Origin: an uncultured Nitrospiraceae bacterium
GTDB lineage: Bacteria; Nitrospirota; Nitrospiria; Nitrospirales; Nitrospiraceae
Length of the DNA: 64,000 bases
NCBI GenBank assembly: GCA_963706325.1
Contig: CAVPLT010000002.1
Location: forward strand, 1-64,000
Reading direction: 5' to 3'
The notes below the pieces were generated by a model, which saw nothing but the letters and a program-made list of their open reading frames with translations, made no database searches and was not told the origin of the DNA. This document shows positions 62,466-64,000 of the stretch, piece by piece (position 1 is the first letter of the stretch; each line of letters opens with the position of its first letter). Position numbers and translations under genes: made by a program.

Positions 62466-64000
62466 TTATGCCGGAACTTGTCCTTTCAGCTCCCGATGCC
62501 AATGACGATGCTGCGCGATGGCCTGAATAAATCTAGCGGGCACTTTATTCGCCTGGGCGCCGCGGGCGAAGATGAGTCCGTCATCTCCGGCAAACAGCTT
62601 CACGCGATCCTGCATGACACCTTCGGCGTGACTTTCGGCTCGTTTATCGTCGGCAGGGGAGGCCGCGGCAAACAACCCAATCCCGGCATCCGTCGCAGCG
62701 ATGGTCTTACAGTGCAAATAGGCTTCCTTAATAAACAGTAAGGCCTTCGCATCTCCTTTGAGGATGTTCGCGCTCGCCTCTCCGCCCGGAACAAACACGG
62801 CGTCAAATAGGACCGAACCTGCGGTCAGGAAGCTAAAGTCGACGCTCACCTGTGCCCCACTTTCCCCCTGAAGCATTCCCAAGCGGGGAGCGACCAACTT
62901 GGCTTGGGCGCCGGCGGCCTCGAGGGCCTTTTTCATACGAGCGATGGCGACCTCATCGACGCCATCGGCGGCCAGAATCGCAATCTTTCGAGTGGCGATT
63001 CCTTCCTTCACCGTATTCGCCATGCTTAACGCGGGCGAACGCTGAAGCGATGGAATGCGTGGCTTGGGTTCGAAGCGGTCAGGTTCGGCATCCGCAGGGA
63101 CGCTTTTGTTCAGAGGACCGTCGAGGACGGGGACCGTGTCGAGGCCGAGGCCCTGAGCAACTAAGCCAGCAAGCGTGGTGTCCACCCGGGCGAGCAACCC
63201 CACCATGCGTTCCCTGATGGCGGGCGTTTCCACTTTTCCCAGCTCAAACCGGAGCGCCTGGACGATATGCGACTTCTCGTGATGCGCCTGACTGTTCCAA
63301 AACAACGCCGCCTGCGTGAAATGATCAAAGAACTTCTCGCTCCTCGCCCGCACTTTTTGACCTTGGAGATTTTCGGCGTAGCTCCGAAAGCCTCCCATAT
63401 CGGATGTGGCCTGCATTGGGCAGCCTCCGGCGAGCGAATTGGGCTGATAGCTGACCCGACCCTGATTGATCGTCTGGCGCATGTGTCCGTCCCGCTGGTT
63501 GTTGTGGACAGGCGCGATGGGACGGTTAATGGGAATTTCGTGAAAATTCGGACCGCCCAGCCGAATGAGCTGCGTGTCGGTGTAGGAGAAGAGGCGTCCT
63601 TGCAGGAGCGGATCGTTCGAAAAATCGATTCCCGACACGATGTGGCCCGGGTGGAAGGCGACCTGTTCGGTCTCAGCAAAAAAGTTGTCAGGATTTCGAT
63701 TCAGTGTCAGCTTGCCGATGCGGCGTACGGGTACCAGCTCCTCAGGAATGAGTTTGGTGGCATCAAGCAAATCGAAGTCAAACAAATGCTCATCTTGCTC
63801 TTCCACAATTTGCACGCCTAGCTCCCATTGAGGAAACTCTCCTCGCTCGATCGACTCCCACAAGTCGCGCCGGTGAAAGTCCGGGTCGATCCCAGAGATC
63901 TTTTGAGCCTCGTCCCAGACGACCGAATGCACCCCAAGGAGAGGTTTCCAATGAAATTTTACGAACCGAGATTGGCCCTTCTCATTGATGAGCCGAAATG
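62466..64000 (-). CDS. katE: Second large-subunit catalase (HPII), 5' part outside the window
   Basis: [28 protein letters not shown]-terminal DJ-1-like domain; frame open to the window edge. Confidence 0.93.
   Translation of the reverse strand, partial: FRLINEKGQSRFVKFHWKPLLGVHSVVWDEAQKISGIDPDFHRRDLWESIERGEFPQWELGVQIVEEQDEHLFDFDLLDATKLIPEELVPVRRIGKLTLNRNPDNFFAETEQVAFHPGHIVSGIDFSNDPLLQGRLFSYTDTQLIRLGGPNFHEIPINRPIAPVHNNQRDGHMRQTINQGRVSYQPNSLAGGCPMQATSDMGGFRSYAENLQGQKVRARSEKFFDHFTQAALFWNSQAHHEKSHIVQALRFELGKVETPAIRERMVGLLARVDTTLAGLVAQGLGLDTVPVLDGPLNKSVPADAEPDRFEPKPRIPSLQRSPALSMANTVKEGIATRKIAILAADGVDEVAIARMKKALEAAGAQAKLVAPRLGMLQGESGAQVSVDFSFLTAGSVLFDAVFVPGGEASANILKGDAKALLFIKEAYLHCKTIAATDAGIGLFAAASPADDKRAESHAEGVMQDRVKLFAGDDGLIFARGAQANKVPARFIQAIAQHRHWHRELKGQVPA

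Overview
Bacterial chromosomal window, most likely Nitrospira/Nitrospirota (inferred from gene content and order, not from a marker gene). It has four blocks. (1) 1-13.3 kb: end of an exopolysaccharide locus (O-antigen ligase-like polymerase, membrane glycosyltransferase, three GT4s, FkbH-like protein, methyltransferase, a sigma54-driven secreted beta-sandwich protein, nucleotide-sugar dehydrogenase). Most genes in 252-10265 are broken by single-base indels that look like assembly errors. (2) 13.5-31 kb: type II secretion/type IV pilus-like cluster (secretin, pseudopilins, LysM protein, GspF, GspE, PilMNO-like), then proA, a large hypothetical, gspG, a REC-HDOD regulator and a secreted GH39-like hydrolase. 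(3) 31-54.2 kb: partly decayed iron-acquisition island with exbB-exbD-tonB-X-MFP-RND, gene scraps, a fur paralogue, a truncated IS3, PepSY-TM, a TonB-dependent receptor with an in-frame amber codon, fecR-fecI-tonB2-araC and a fatty acyl-AMP ligase pseudogene. Four related Fur-box-like operators lie at sigma70-like promoters. One drives a ~95-nt terminator-ended leader or sRNA candidate. Another drives a peroxiredoxin-like protein lacking its catalytic motif plus an unannotated Cys4 microprotein. (4) 54.4-64 kb: stress island with DUF4142, a large-subunit catalase with a putative Tat signal, treZ, DUF748, a ferritin-like protein and a second large catalase. No rRNA, tRNA or CRISPR array was seen.
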